Part shown: positions 31,728-42,679 of the stretch, piece after piece
How the letters are laid out: each line of letters opens with the position of its first letter
Position numbering within the stretch: the stretch's first letter is position 1
NCBI GenBank assembly: GCA_963768305.1
Contig: CAVYHE010000004.1
Location: forward strand, 69,555-133,554
Source of the DNA: an uncultured bacterium
GTDB taxonomy: Bacteria; Margulisbacteria; WOR-1; CAVSGV01
DNA: 64,000 nucleotides
Direction of reading: 5' to 3'
Made by a program: the position numbers and the translations under genes
The notes under the pieces: model-generated
Databases searched by the model: none
What the model was told of the DNA's origin: nothing
Seen by the model: the letters and a program-made list of their open reading frames with translations, nothing else

Positions 31728-32267
31728 ATGGGAACGGGGAAAATTTATTTTAGAAATAGCGCAATAATAAATTTCTACAGGTATTATCTTGGCGGGGCAA
31801 AGGCGAAAGTGAATTTCGCGACAATAACAAAAAATCCGAAAAAGTTGGCAAGTCTCGCCATGCTTCCAGATAGTATACGAAGAGAAGTGGCATTAAAAAT
31901 ATATACCACACAAGAGATCACTGCTATACGAAGAGCGGTGGCATTAAATACATGTAACTCTCTAGATAACCTCGGGAAATTCTCTTTCGATGAGGATATG
32001 TGCGGTTTTGTTTTGCAAAATCCGACGGTTACATCCCTTGTTGAACGGACTAAAGAATCGCATCTTCCTGAATTTCTTGCGCAGATGGCGGTAAATCCCA
32101 TCAGATTTGTTCAAGAGACAGCTGCCTTAAATAGTTATACTCCTTGGGAATCTGTGGCCATAGCGTTAAGTAAAACGCCGGTAGGTGTTTGGATGGACCT
32201 TTTTCGACCCAGATATGGGTATGTAGGTGAATGCATGAAAATTGCGAGAAGCTTTAAGGGTCCATAG
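31728..32267 (+). CDS. Hypothetical helical (LRV-like) repeat protein, paralog 2
   Basis: RBS AAGGAG; N-terminus homologous to paralogs 1 and 3; RRAVALN, VLQNP, AALNSYTP. Confidence 0.7.
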   Translation: MGTGKIYFRNSAIINFYRYYLGGAKAKVNFATITKNPKKLASLAMLPDSIRREVALKIYTTQEITAIRRAVALNTCNSLDNLGKFSFDEDMCGFVLQNPTVTSLVERTKESHLPEFLAQMAVNPIRFVQETAALNSYTPWESVAIALSKTPVGVWMDLFRPRYGYVGECMKIARSFKGP

Positions 32268-32399
32268 GGCTAATAGAGATAATATTCTTGGAAAATTGAA
32301 AGAGTTAAATTTCCAGTTGTATGACAGTCCCGAACTGCGTTACTAATTTTCTTTAACTAAACAATTTTTTAATATCTTGCTCGCCTAGCGCCCCGCCAT

Positions 32400-32468
32400 C
32401 TATTTCGCTATTTCGTAGTGCTCTTTCAGGCTGAAGAACGTCGCGCTGGCGAAGATAAGTGCACCGCC
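32400..32468 (-). repeat. Diverged duplicate of the last 23 codons of the DMT transporter gene
   Basis: 61/69 nt identical to 33351-33419 by manual alignment. Confidence 0.9.
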
Positions 32469-32476
32469 GAAAACGA

Positions 32477-32505
32477 GTGAAATTTCAGTACAAATATGAC
32501 GATAA
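32477..32505 (+). promoter_or_regulatory. Sigma28-like promoter, copy 4
   Basis: GTGAAATTT-CAGTACAAATAT-GACGATAA, upstream of ATG 32547. Confidence 0.78.
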
Positions 32506-32546
32506 CAATCTGTAAGAGATATGAGCGGAATAAAGGAGGAGGTTTT

Positions 32547-33299
32547 ATGGAAAACATCCGTTTTAGGAATAGTAGAGTAATAAATTGGTATAGGCGAAGT
32601 TTTCTTGCGACATATAAAATGAAAACTAATTTTGCGACAATAACAAATGATTCTTCCAAGCTTGAAAAACTCGTAATCAGAAACCGTGAGAGAGTCGGCA
32701 TTGTTGCAGCTGCAGCGGGAAATACGTGCATTTTCTCCTAATCTTCAAATAGATCTTTTTCATTCATATTTTTCCGCCTATCATGAAGATTATCTGTCGA
32801 TACAAATTGCATTTGCAAAAAATAATCGTGTTTGTTCCGATATTCTGGGGGCAATTTACATGACAGGTACCCCTATTATTAAGACTGTAGTTCTCTCCAA
32901 TTCAACAGTTCAAGCTCTTTTAGGGTCAATGACAAAGATTAGTTCCCTTGAATCTTTTACACAAATGACGTGGGAGAATGTGGCCCTGAAATTAAGCATG
33001 ATACCCATTAAAACCTCGACACTTCCATTGTATAGAAAAATGAAGATTGGAATTACCATACTAAGAGTACTTATAATGAAAAAACCGACTCTACTAGGGC
33101 TTTTCTTAGCTGTTCAGAAAATGATTTCAATGCGGTACTGTTTATTTTAGGCTTACGTGGTGAAAATAAATCTTTAATACTAAACAAATTAAGTGAGATT
33201 AATCCGGATCTGCGTGAAATCATAAACAATCAAAATTGCTACGTACATTTTGAAGATGGATATGGAGTGAATCACTGGTGTTTAGTGGATAACGGGTAA
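32547..33299 (+). CDS. Hypothetical protein, paralog 3 (frameshifted; end approximate)
   Basis: RBS AGGAGGAGG; MENIRFRNSRVINWYRRSFLATYKMKTNFATITND matches paralogs 1 and 2. Confidence 0.6.
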
Positions 33300-33350
33300 A
33301 CTGTTTCGCTCGCTAGTATAAGTCCATGTGGTGTGGACAGCAATCAAAAA

Positions 33351-34208
33351 TTATTTTGCCAATTCGTAGTGTTCTTTCAGGCTGAAGAATGTCGCGCTGG
33401 CGAAGATAAGGACACCGCCTATCATCATATTTATCGTCAGAGAATCATGGAACATGATCATTCCCAAGGCCATCGTGATGATGACGCTGCTCATCGAAAT
33501 TACTCCGCCTAAAGCTGTGGAGCATAATTTGAACGCCGACGTCTGGAAAAGCTGTCCGGCCGTTCCAAAAAGCCCCATCACCAGAAGTATCGCCAGCGAT
33601 GGCACAGCGCTTGGCACTATGAAATTATTCTTTAATGAGAACAGTGAGAATATCGTACCGAAGAAGACGAACGAAAGGACTATCATCCAGGAGCTTTCCG
33701 TCTTTCTCAATTCCCTTATAGTTACCACCGCAAGTCCGCTGGTAAATCCGGAGACAAGCGCCAGGGCATCCCCGATATTGAGCGCGGAATAATCGAATGG
33801 AATATCAGGAACATCCCGGCAAAAGCGGAAACAATGAACAATATTTTTTCTTTTGTGAGTTTTTCATTAAGATAGATATTCGAGAATATCGAGGCGAAAA
33901 TAGGGTAGGTGTAGGAAAGAAGAACGGCATTGGAAACGTTCGTCAATGTTATCGCGTTAAAATACAGGATCAGTGATATCCCTCCCATCACTCCCCGGAA
34001 AATGGTTTTTCCTTTATCGTGAATGCGGAATTTCACTTTTCCCGCGGCGACCATCCCATATTATCGCGAAGCTGATGAAAGCCCTGATGAAGATTATTTC
34101 GGCGGCAGGGACCGAGGAGCTTAGCATTTTCACCATTATCGCCATCAAGCTGAAAGATACGGAGGAGATGAACATCATGACAGGCCCGTTCGCTTTAATT
34201 TCAGGCAT
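33351..34208 (-). CDS. DMT/EamA family transporter (frameshifts ~34050 and ~33790)
   Basis: About 10 TM helices across three ORF pieces; EIIFIR, YTYPIFA..LNEK. Confidence 0.85.
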
Positions 34209-35563
34209 GATCTATATTTTTCGCGAGGCTTTCCACTATGGTTTCCATTTTCATCCCGCGGGAGCCTTTGATGAGTATCGTGTCGTTCGGCCGGATCGAT
34301 CTTTCAATATTTTGACAGCTTCAGCATTTGACATGGCTGCATGAACATTATTTAACCCTCTCAGCTTCGCGCCTTTTAAGATATATTTCCCGAGTTTCCG
34401 ACCGATATCAATTCCTCGATCTTCAATTCAGCGGCAAGCTTGCCGATGTTTTCGTGCGACCTTATGGCCGACTTCCCCAGTTCCAGCATGTCCCCGAGGA
34501 CGGCGATCCTCCTCGGGGGATAGTTTTTGAGAGCGGTCAATGACGCGGACATCGAATCAGGATTGGCGTTATAAGTGTCGTCGATGATCCGGATGTTTTT
34601 GAGCCTGATGATATTAAGTCGCTTGCTCGAAAGCTTGAAAATCTCAAGGCCATTTTTAATATGCTCTGGCCTTATGCCGAGAGCGCAGGCAGCGGCTGCT
34701 GCGGCAAGAGCGTCGTAAATATTGTGTTTGCCCGGAAGCGGAAGCTTGATTTGCAGAATAAAGCGCTTTGTATTGATGAGAACAATTCCAGGTCGCCTTG
34801 ATATAGGATATTGATCAGCAGCATCGGACGGATCATCGGTGCCGAATGAAATGATCTTTCCTTTTGCTTTCTTTTTCAGAAAACTGAAATATTGGTCGTC
34901 CGCCGGCAGGATCGCAATGTCTTTTTTAGATTGAAAACCCAAAATTTCAGCTTTAGCTTTCGCAACGTTCTTTTCTGATCTTAGAAGCCCGATATGAGCG
35001 CTTCCGATATTCGTTATCACAGCGATATTCGGCCGAGTGATCCACGCCAGTTCTTCTATTTCCCCCGAACCTTGCATTGCCATTTCGATAACGGCAAATC
35101 GATCGTTTTTGTTCAATTTCAATAACGTTTGCGGCACGCCGATCTCGTTATTGAATGTTCTTCCGGTTTTCAGCGTTCTTCCCGCTCTTGATAATATGGA
35201 TGCAAGCATGTCCTTTGTGGTGGTTTTGCCGGAACTGCCGGTTATGCCTATGAAGGGGATGTCGAATCTTTCTTTATAGGCTCTGGCGATCTGATAAAAA
35301 CTTTAAGGGTATCTTTGACATAAATGATCGTTTTTCCTTTCGGGAGTTTTATCTTTTTTGATGTAAGGGCTCCGGCTGCTCCGCTTTTAAGCGCTGACGG
35401 TATGAAACGGTGCCCATCGAACTTTTCGCCCTTTATCGGGATAAAAAGATCGCCTTTTTTGATGTTTCGGCTGTCGGTGGAAATGCTGGAAAACAAGGGG
35501 TTGCCGGCTTTTTCCAGCGTTCCTCCTGTCACCTTGAGTATCTCCCTTTTTGAGCGTGATCAT
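34201..35563 (-). CDS. murF: UDP-MurNAc-tripeptide--D-Ala-D-Ala ligase (several frameshifts)
   Basis: STDSR, GEKFDGH, GITGSSGKTTTK, FNNEIGVP, DDTYNANPDSM, LGDMLELG, IKGSRGMKME. Confidence 0.93.
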
Positions 35564-35595
35564 TGGCCTTATTATATCAAATATTCCGCAATTAA

Positions 35596-35624
35596 CTGAA
35601 ATTTCGGCCGTTATTTGACGATAT
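35596..35624 (+). promoter_or_regulatory. Sigma28-like promoter, copy 5
   Basis: CTGAAATTT-CGGCCGTTATTT-GACGATAT, upstream of RBS AAGGAGG and ATG 35652. Confidence 0.75.
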
Positions 35625-35651
35625 ATATAAGGAGGGAAAAAACGAAGAAAT

Positions 35652-38075
35652 ATGGGACCAATAGGAAGACTTAGAGCGATAAACGAGCTGTTCACAGCCT
35701 GCCAGCGCACCAACGTAATACCGAGTTTGCCCGTGCATGTCAGGAGGATTTCAAATGTGCTGCCGGTTCTTCATTCTACTGCAACCCTCAAAGCGCTGGA
35801 TAATCCGGCGATCGCGAATTTTATTGCCGGAAAGGCCGAACGTGAACTGAAAAAATTGCGCGACTGGGAAAAACTTCAAGTATCTGAGATACAGCCTTTC
35901 CTTGACGCGAAAATAAATATCAGGGAGATCAAGGCACTGAACAGAGCGGAAATGAGCTCACCGTCTTTGCGCTGGCGCACATAAATGACGAAATAACGGG
36001 CGACAAACTTTTCGCGATTTATAAGGGTTATCAGTATCCGTTAACTCTGTCAAAGGGAGGGGAAACGAAAGCGGAATATGTTCCGATAATACAACCGCCA
36101 TCCAAGATCAAAGATGAAGCAAAAATATCGGTAATATTCAACGGCAAGCCTAATGGCGTAGGTCACGCCATGGCCAAAGCCATACCGCTTGACAGGCCAA
36201 ATGTTTCCCTTATAAAACCGGAAAACATTGCACCTGACATCATTGAGGAAGAAATACAGAAATTCACTAAGGCGTACGATGATGAAGTAAAAATATTGGA
36301 AGAGAACAAGAAAAAATTCGCCCAGACAGACAGGCAAGCAGTATTTTCTTTGTCCCAATACAGGTGCTTGCCGGTATCAATGCACTGATCGTCGATTCGA
36401 TCCGCAAAGATCAATGCAATACCGTGATGGCTGTTAATAAGGTGATGGATGAGGCTATCAAGGGACTTCAAGCGCATGCGGACAATGAATCGGAAGCGCC
36501 TCTATTAAGGATGCAGAAAAGGGACCTGATCAGTCAACTCAAGTATATTAAGGAAGGCATAATCAAACATCGCTACGGGATCAAGGATAATATCCTCCAA
36601 ACCCTTCAGCATAGCGATGAAGACGTGATAGTGGTAAGCTCAGAACTATCTCCGAATGATGCGGCTCATTTTGCGGGGAATGAAAAGGTAAAAGGGGTCG
36701 TCCTTGGCAAGGGAACACGAACCGACCACACAGTGATCATCCTGAAAAATGCCGGCATACCCACAGTGCACGACGTCGGCGATGTTTCCGCCTTTAAGAG
36801 CGGGCAGTTCGTCATTGTGGACGGTGTTCTCGGCCGCGCTGTCGCGGACCCTGATGAAACAATGATGGCGGAATACAGGGACAAACAAAGGGAATTCTCG
36901 GACATGAAAAAGTTCCTTGAGGATGCGGACCGCAGAGGGGTCACAAGGACAACGGACGGAAGAGAGATACATTTATTGGGGAATGTCGATAATATCCACG
37001 ATGTCCAGGAGCTTGTTTCCGTCGGAGCTTCGCACGGCATAGGCCTTCTCCGGTTCGAGCGGTTCTATATGTTCAAGACAAGTGCATACGGTGACAGGGA
37101 CAAAGAGCCTACAGTCACCAAAATTCGGAATTTTCTCGAACATATCTCCGCTGATATTGAAAAACACAGATCGACACTGAACGGAGAAGACCATTATAAA
37201 AATATAAATAAAGAAGTCGCCATGGACATGACCCTACGGACGCTTGATGTTGGCGCGGACAAACAGCTGCTGTATCTCAACACGATAAATGGGGAGACCA
37301 TATGGCAGGGAAGGGGGCTTTCCCTTTGCCTTAACAACCCCACAATCAGGGACATCTTTATAAGGAATATCCAGGGAATTCTCCTCGCGAGCGGGGGATC
37401 AAAGAACATCAAGATGATGTTCCCGATGGTGAACTCCGCAGCCGAGCTCGTTGAGGCAAAAAAGCTTTTACATGGTGAGATGGAGATCCTCCAAAAGGAA
37501 AAATCTCCGTTCAACAAGGAAATAAAGATCGGGGCAATGATCGAAAGCTCGGATGCTGTGAAGAATGTTGACGAGATCGCAGGCAGCGGATTGGTAAATT
37601 TTCCTCAGCATCGGATCGAACGACCTGACACAAGACGTCACCGGTTATAGCCGTTATTCTACGGACCCCGCAATTCGAAAGAAATATGATGAATTTCGAC
37701 CCGCGAGTGCTTTCGGCGATCGAGACGACACTTATAGCAGGCAAACGATTCAAGATTGACGTAAGCCTTTGCGGTGACCTTGCGGCTAATCCCCTTGCTA
37801 CATTCCCTCTTATAGGATATGGACTTGAAAGATTCAGCATGGCCGCATCTTCGATCGATATGATACGGCATATAATTAGGAACACGCCATATGAGGATTG
37901 CAAAGAACTGGCTAGGGAGCTCAGCGTGCTGAATACAGCGCAAGAAATAAGAGTTTACATCCGCGATTTCGTAATTACCAGAATTAATGATGGCAGATGG
38001 CCGGGACTTGCTTCAAATGAAAGGTTCAAGAATGTCCTGATAAGCGTTCTTCAAAGAGAAGGCGGCGGGAACTAG
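35652..38075 (+). CDS. Divergent PEP-protein phosphotransferase (PTS enzyme I-like) with long unrelated N-terminal extension (several frameshifts)
   Basis: GTRTDHTVI (phospho-His), VIVDGVLG, GIGLLRFE, RTLDVGADK, MMFPMV, GAMIE, SIGSNDLTQ, SLCGDLA. Confidence 0.8.
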
Positions 38076-38081
38076 TCCCCG

Positions 38082-39363
38082 TTACTTCACGTCCGCTGAA
38101 GCCAGGAACTGCTTGTTCGATTTATATTCCTTCAGTCTCTCGATCAATTGTTCCGTCGCGTCACGGCCCTTCGTAATTGTCCAGCACTTTCCTGAGCAGC
38201 CAGACCTTCTTCAGTTCCTCTTCTGTCAGGAGCAGCTCTTCGCGTCTGGTCCCCGACATCCTTATATCAATAGCCGGGAAAATGCGCCTGTCGGCGAGCT
38301 TGCGATTGAGATGCAGCTCCATGTTGCCCGTGCCCTTGAATTCCTCGTATATCACATCGTCCATCCTTGAACCTGTTTCAACAAGAGCTGTCGCAAGTAT
38401 AGTGAGACTTCCGCCGTTCTCTATGTTCCGCGCCGCGCCGAAAAATCTTTTCGGCCGGTGGAGACAGGTGGGATCAAGACCGCCGGAAAGCGTCCTTCCG
38501 CTCGGCGGCGTTACCAGATTGTAAGCCCTTGCAAGCCTTGTTATGGAATCAAGCAGTATCACCACATCCTTGCCGGCTTCTACCAATCTTTTCGCGGATT
38601 CTATCAAAAGCTCCGAAACTTTTATGTGGTTCTCCGGCGGCTCGTCAAAAGTCGAATAAACGACCTCGCCTTTCACGGACCTCTGCATGTCCGTTACTTC
38701 TTCCGGGCGCTCGTCAACCAGCAGGACCTTTATGATACTTTCCGGAAAATTCGCGGTTATGCTGTTCGCTATGTTCTTTAATACCGTTGTCTTCCCGGCT
38801 TTCGGCGGCGACACTATCATGCCGCGCTGGCCTTTTCCTATCGGCGAGACCAGATCGATAAGCCTGGACGCGATAGGGGCCTTTTCATATTCAAGCCGGT
38901 ACATTTCGTTGGGGAATATCGGCGTCATGTCCTCATAGGGGATCCTTTCGCGAGCGAGCTCAGGATCCAAACTGTTAATGGCTTCCACCCTCAGGAGGCT
39001 GAAATATTTCTCGCCTTCTTTAGGCGGCCTCACCTGACCGGAGACCATGTCCCCGTTCGTCATGTCAAAACGCCTTATCTGAGTCTGAGATACATATATA
39101 TCCTCCGAGCTGGGGAGGTACCCGCTGGTCCTTAAGAATCCGTATCCCTCTGGCAGTATCTCTAGTATCCCTTTCGCGAAAATGAGACCGTTCGCCTGTG
39201 TCTTTGCCTCCAGTATCTTGAATATGAGGTCATGCTTCCTGTATTGCCTGTATCCGGAGATGTTCAGTTCTTTCGCTATCTCGAACAGGTCGGCCGAGTT
39301 TTTTGCCTGCAGTTCGGCGATATCCGTTTTTGGTCCTTCTTCCTTGTGCGTTTCCTTGTTCAT
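38082..39363 (-). CDS. rho: Transcription termination factor Rho (frameshift ~38168)
   Basis: [40 protein letters not shown]-terminus continues to stop at 38082. Confidence 0.97.
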
Positions 39364-39495
39364 TATTCTGCCTCCTTTGGGAACTTTTTGTGATAATTCT
39401 TTGAAAATATTTACATTAGCGGGTAATTGGGAAAAATCAATCCTATTAATACTAATCTATGCTCTCATTGATGTCAAGCTTTTTTATTCCGCTGA

Positions 39496-39996
39496 TTATT
39501 CCAGCTTCATGTCCTTTATCTGAACGTCCCAGGATCCCTTGTCCGTGACAAGGATGAACTGGATCCTTGACAGTTTTTTTATCTTCCCTTCCAGAGGGAT
39601 GAGCACTTTGACATACTCGTCATTATTGAACGTGAAAGAGGTCTTTGTCACTGACGGAGTATATTCGTCATCCTTTTCATCATATACCTGGACGACTGGA
39701 AAACACCATAACCCAGACCTGATAAGGCCGCCTTTTATCGCAAAAGAAAGATATTTGCGGCCCTCTATGCCGATGTTTATCTTGTCAAAAAATACACCCG
39801 GGTCCCTCGCATTGTCCGCGAATATCCTGACAATGTTGTTCTTGTATTCATATTCGCAGTTATTGAAAGACCTGGATGATACCGCGGAGTATAGGATATT
39901 ATCCGCCGATCGCTTGTTGTTCGCCGCCTGCGCGGGAGCGCAGAAGATAAGGGCTATTAAAATGGCAGATATGATCGCAAGCGGTCTAGCCAACAT
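39496..39996 (-). CDS. Hypothetical exported protein
   Basis: Sec-type signal peptide (…APAQA) followed by a beta-rich domain. Confidence 0.65.
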   Translation of the reverse strand: MLARPLAIISAILIALIFCAPAQAANNKRSADNILYSAVSSRSFNNCEYEYKNNIVRIFADNARDPGVFFDKINIGIEGRKYLSFAIKGGLIRSGLWCFPVVQVYDEKDDEYTPSVTKTSFTFNNDEYVKVLIPLEGKIKKLSRIQFILVTDKGSWDVQIKDMKLE

Positions 39997-41038
39997 TCGC
40001 TTTTGGAAGGAATATCGTAAAAGTGGAGCCTTTTCCGTATTCCGATTCCACCTCTATAGTGCCGTTATGCGCTTCGACGAATGATTTTGCTATGTACAAA
40101 CCGAGCCCGATGCCCTTGTATCCGGGAGCGTGCTTTGTGAATTTAAAGAAGATATCGTTCAAATTCTCTTTTTTTATCCCGATGCCCGAATCCCTGACAG
40201 TTATCCTGGTATTATTATCGGAACTGGCGGCGTCTATATTTATCGTCCCGTTCTCGGAGGTGTATTTAATGGAGTTGTCTATCAGGTTGTATAAAATCTG
40301 TTTTAATTTTTGAGGGTCGGCATAAACGATCGAAGTGAACTTGTCGATATTCCTGTTGATTTTGATCTGTTTCTTCTCGGCCTCGGGTGTAAGTGACAAG
40401 ATCACCTCTTCCATAAGGTTTATCAGCGGGAAAAACTCGGGATATATCTCTATCTTTCCGGATTCTATCCTTGAAAGTTCCAGGAGATTGTTGATCAGAT
40501 GTATCATGTCTTTTCCGCTGGTATCTATTATGTTCAATATCTTGATCTGGGTCTCATTGAATTTGTCGAGGCCGTGCGCCCTAAGGACCTCCATCCCGCT
40601 TATTATGGCGGAGATCGGCTCCTTCAATTCATGATTGACGATCCCGAAGAATTCATTTTTTATCTGGTTTATCTTTGTCTGTTCTTCGTTGCTTTTTTCC
40701 AGGTCTTTCGCTTTTTGTTCAGCTATTTCTTCTGCTTTATGCAGTTCCATGTTCAGCTTTTTAAGCTGATAGTTATTAAGGACGATCTCATTGGTCTCTT
40801 TAGATGCCAGATATGCCAGAAGAGCAACTAGAAAGGTTATGAGTATCATAAGGTCAAGAACAAGGGCCGGGATATCGCTGATATAAAATATCGTACCGAG
40901 CAGTATTATGATCGCTGCGCAGACCACAAAGAAACTAAGCCCGAAACAGTCCCGAGCCCGCAGGTTGCAGTATTGGCAGCGCTTAAAAAGCACCACGCCT
41001 GTGCGCCTAATAATGACGCACTCCATGTTCTTTACCAT
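39986..41038 (-). CDS. Membrane-bound sensor histidine kinase
   Basis: Two TM helices; HELKEP H-box, NLIDNSIKY, DSGIGI, GIGLGL. Confidence 0.93.
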   Translation of the reverse strand: MVKNMECVIIRRTGVVLFKRCQYCNLRARDCFGLSFFVVCAAIIILLGTIFYISDIPALVLDLMILITFLVALLAYLASKETNEIVLNNYQLKKLNMELHKAEEIAEQKAKDLEKSNEEQTKINQIKNEFFGIVNHELKEPISAIISGMEVLRAHGLDKFNETQIKILNIIDTSGKDMIHLINNLLELSRIESGKIEIYPEFFPLINLMEEVILSLTPEAEKKQIKINRNIDKFTSIVYADPQKLKQILYNLIDNSIKYTSENGTINIDAASSDNNTRITVRDSGIGIKKENLNDIFFKFTKHAPGYKGIGLGLYIAKSFVEAHNGTIEVESEYGKGSTFTIFLPKANVG

Positions 41039-41049
41039 CCGCAGTCTCC

Positions 41050-41439
41050 TTATCGCTTTTTCCTTGGATACTCCGCTTCTATCGTTGCCGTCATTCCGCC
41101 CCTGGCGTTGAAATGTCCCGTGACATAAGCATGTTTTGGTCTGCAGGCACTGACTACGTCATCCAGGATCCTGTTCACAATGTTCTCGTAAAATATGCCC
41201 AGATCCCTGTACCCGATAATATAATACTTAAGCGATTTTAATTCAATGCATAATTTGTCGGGTATGTATTTTATGATTATCTCGCCGAAGTCAGGAAGTC
41301 CTGTCTTGGGGCAGACCGATGTGTATTCCGGGATCGCTATGGTAATTTCATAATCCTTGTGCATGTTCGGAATGCATCCTATCTTTGGAAGCGTGTTTCT
41401 TATGCCTGATGCGGCGTGTTCGCTCGTATATTTGTTCAT
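41050..41439 (-). CDS. queF: PreQ1 synthase (type I nitrile reductase)
   Basis: PEYTSVCPKTGLPDF, ELKSLKYY, FNARGG. Confidence 0.95.
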   Translation of the reverse strand: MNKYTSEHAASGIRNTLPKIGCIPNMHKDYEITIAIPEYTSVCPKTGLPDFGEIIIKYIPDKLCIELKSLKYYIIGYRDLGIFYENIVNRILDDVVSACRPKHAYVTGHFNARGGMTATIEAEYPRKKR

Positions 41440-41512
41440 TTCTTGGGTAGATTATAACACATTAAAAAAACATTTTGCTAAATCGATTAAATACCTGTAA
41501 AATTAAAAAATC

Positions 41513-42679
41513 ATGAGAAGAAGAACATCAGCGTTTTCGGGAAAAAGAAAATGTGAGTATTTAAAAGGTAAAAAGATTCTTCCCCCTCCGATCAATAAGA
41601 ACGATCCTCTTTCGAAAATAATAGATCACCACATGCTCGCTTTTAATGGCGGGAGAGTGCGCGCGGCGTGCCATCTTCTTAAAGAAAAAATGATGAAGCC
41701 TGATGTCACTGTATGCATGACGCTTGCGGGAGCATTGACGCCGGCGGGCCTCGGCTCTTCCAGTATAATCCCTCTCATCAAGGCTGGGTTCGTGGACTGG
41801 ATAATAGCTACCGGAGCAAATATGTATCATGACATGCATTTCGCGTTCAATATGGACCTGCGTCAGGGCTCGCCCACGATGAACGATGTCGAGCTGAAAA
41901 GGAACAAGGTTGTTCGCATATATGACATCGTGATGGATAATGATGTGCTCCTCAGGACGGATGACATATTGCGTCGCATGCTGACAAAGCCGGAATTTCA
42001 GAAGGAAATGGGGACCAGCGAGCTTTATCATAAGCTGGGAAAACTTCTGTATGAGCAGGAAAAAAGGAAAGGGATGAAAGACATCAGCCTGCTTGCGGCC
42101 TGCTATCAGAACGATGTTCCTGTGTTCACTTCCAGCCCCGGAGATTCCACCATAGGGATGGATATTGCCGGCTTGGAATTGATATCGGACAAATTCAGGC
42201 TCAGGATAAATCCGAGCATTGACGTGAACGAGACCACATCGATAGTTTACGCCGCAAAAGCAAAAGGCGGCAAGACAGGCGTCATCATCTGTGGCGGGGG
42301 ATCGCCGAAAAATTTCCTGCTTCAGACCGAACCGCAGATACAGGAAGTCCTTATGATCCCGGAAGCGGGGCAGGATTATTTCCTCCAGATAACCGACGCG
42401 CGGCCGGATACAGGAGGGCTTTCAGGCGCCACACCTTCCGAAGCGGTAAGCTGGGGGAAGGTGGATCCGAAAGGGATAGATGATACGGTGATCGTCTACA
42501 GCGACGCAACCATCATTCTGCCGCTTGCAACATCATATCTTTTGAACAACGTGAAGCCAAGAAAACCGAAGAGGCTTTACAGGCAAAGGCAGGAAAACCT
42601 TGATATCCTGAAACAAGCTTTTTTCAAACATAATACATATCGAAAAGAAATAAAATCTTTGCTGGAGCAAAATGGCTAA
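41513..42679 (+). CDS. Deoxyhypusine synthase-like protein
   Basis: AGALTPAG, TGANMYHD, GGGSPKNF, GGLSGATPSEAVSWGK. Confidence 0.93.
   Translation: MRRRTSAFSGKRKCEYLKGKKILPPPINKNDPLSKIIDHHMLAFNGGRVRAACHLLKEKMMKPDVTVCMTLAGALTPAGLGSSSIIPLIKAGFVDWIIATGANMYHDMHFAFNMDLRQGSPTMNDVELKRNKVVRIYDIVMDNDVLLRTDDILRRMLTKPEFQKEMGTSELYHKLGKLLYEQEKRKGMKDISLLAACYQNDVPVFTSSPGDSTIGMDIAGLELISDKFRLRINPSIDVNETTSIVYAAKAKGGKTGVIICGGGSPKNFLLQTEPQIQEVLMIPEAGQDYFLQITDARPDTGGLSGATPSEAVSWGKVDPKGIDDTVIVYSDATIILPLATSYLLNNVKPRKPKRLYRQRQENLDILKQAFFKHNTYRKEIKSLLEQNG

Noticed and set aside
30976..33350. tRNA-anchored integrative island
   Set aside because: The orphan genes lie at the tRNA 5' side; no integrase or tRNA 3'-end duplication was seen.
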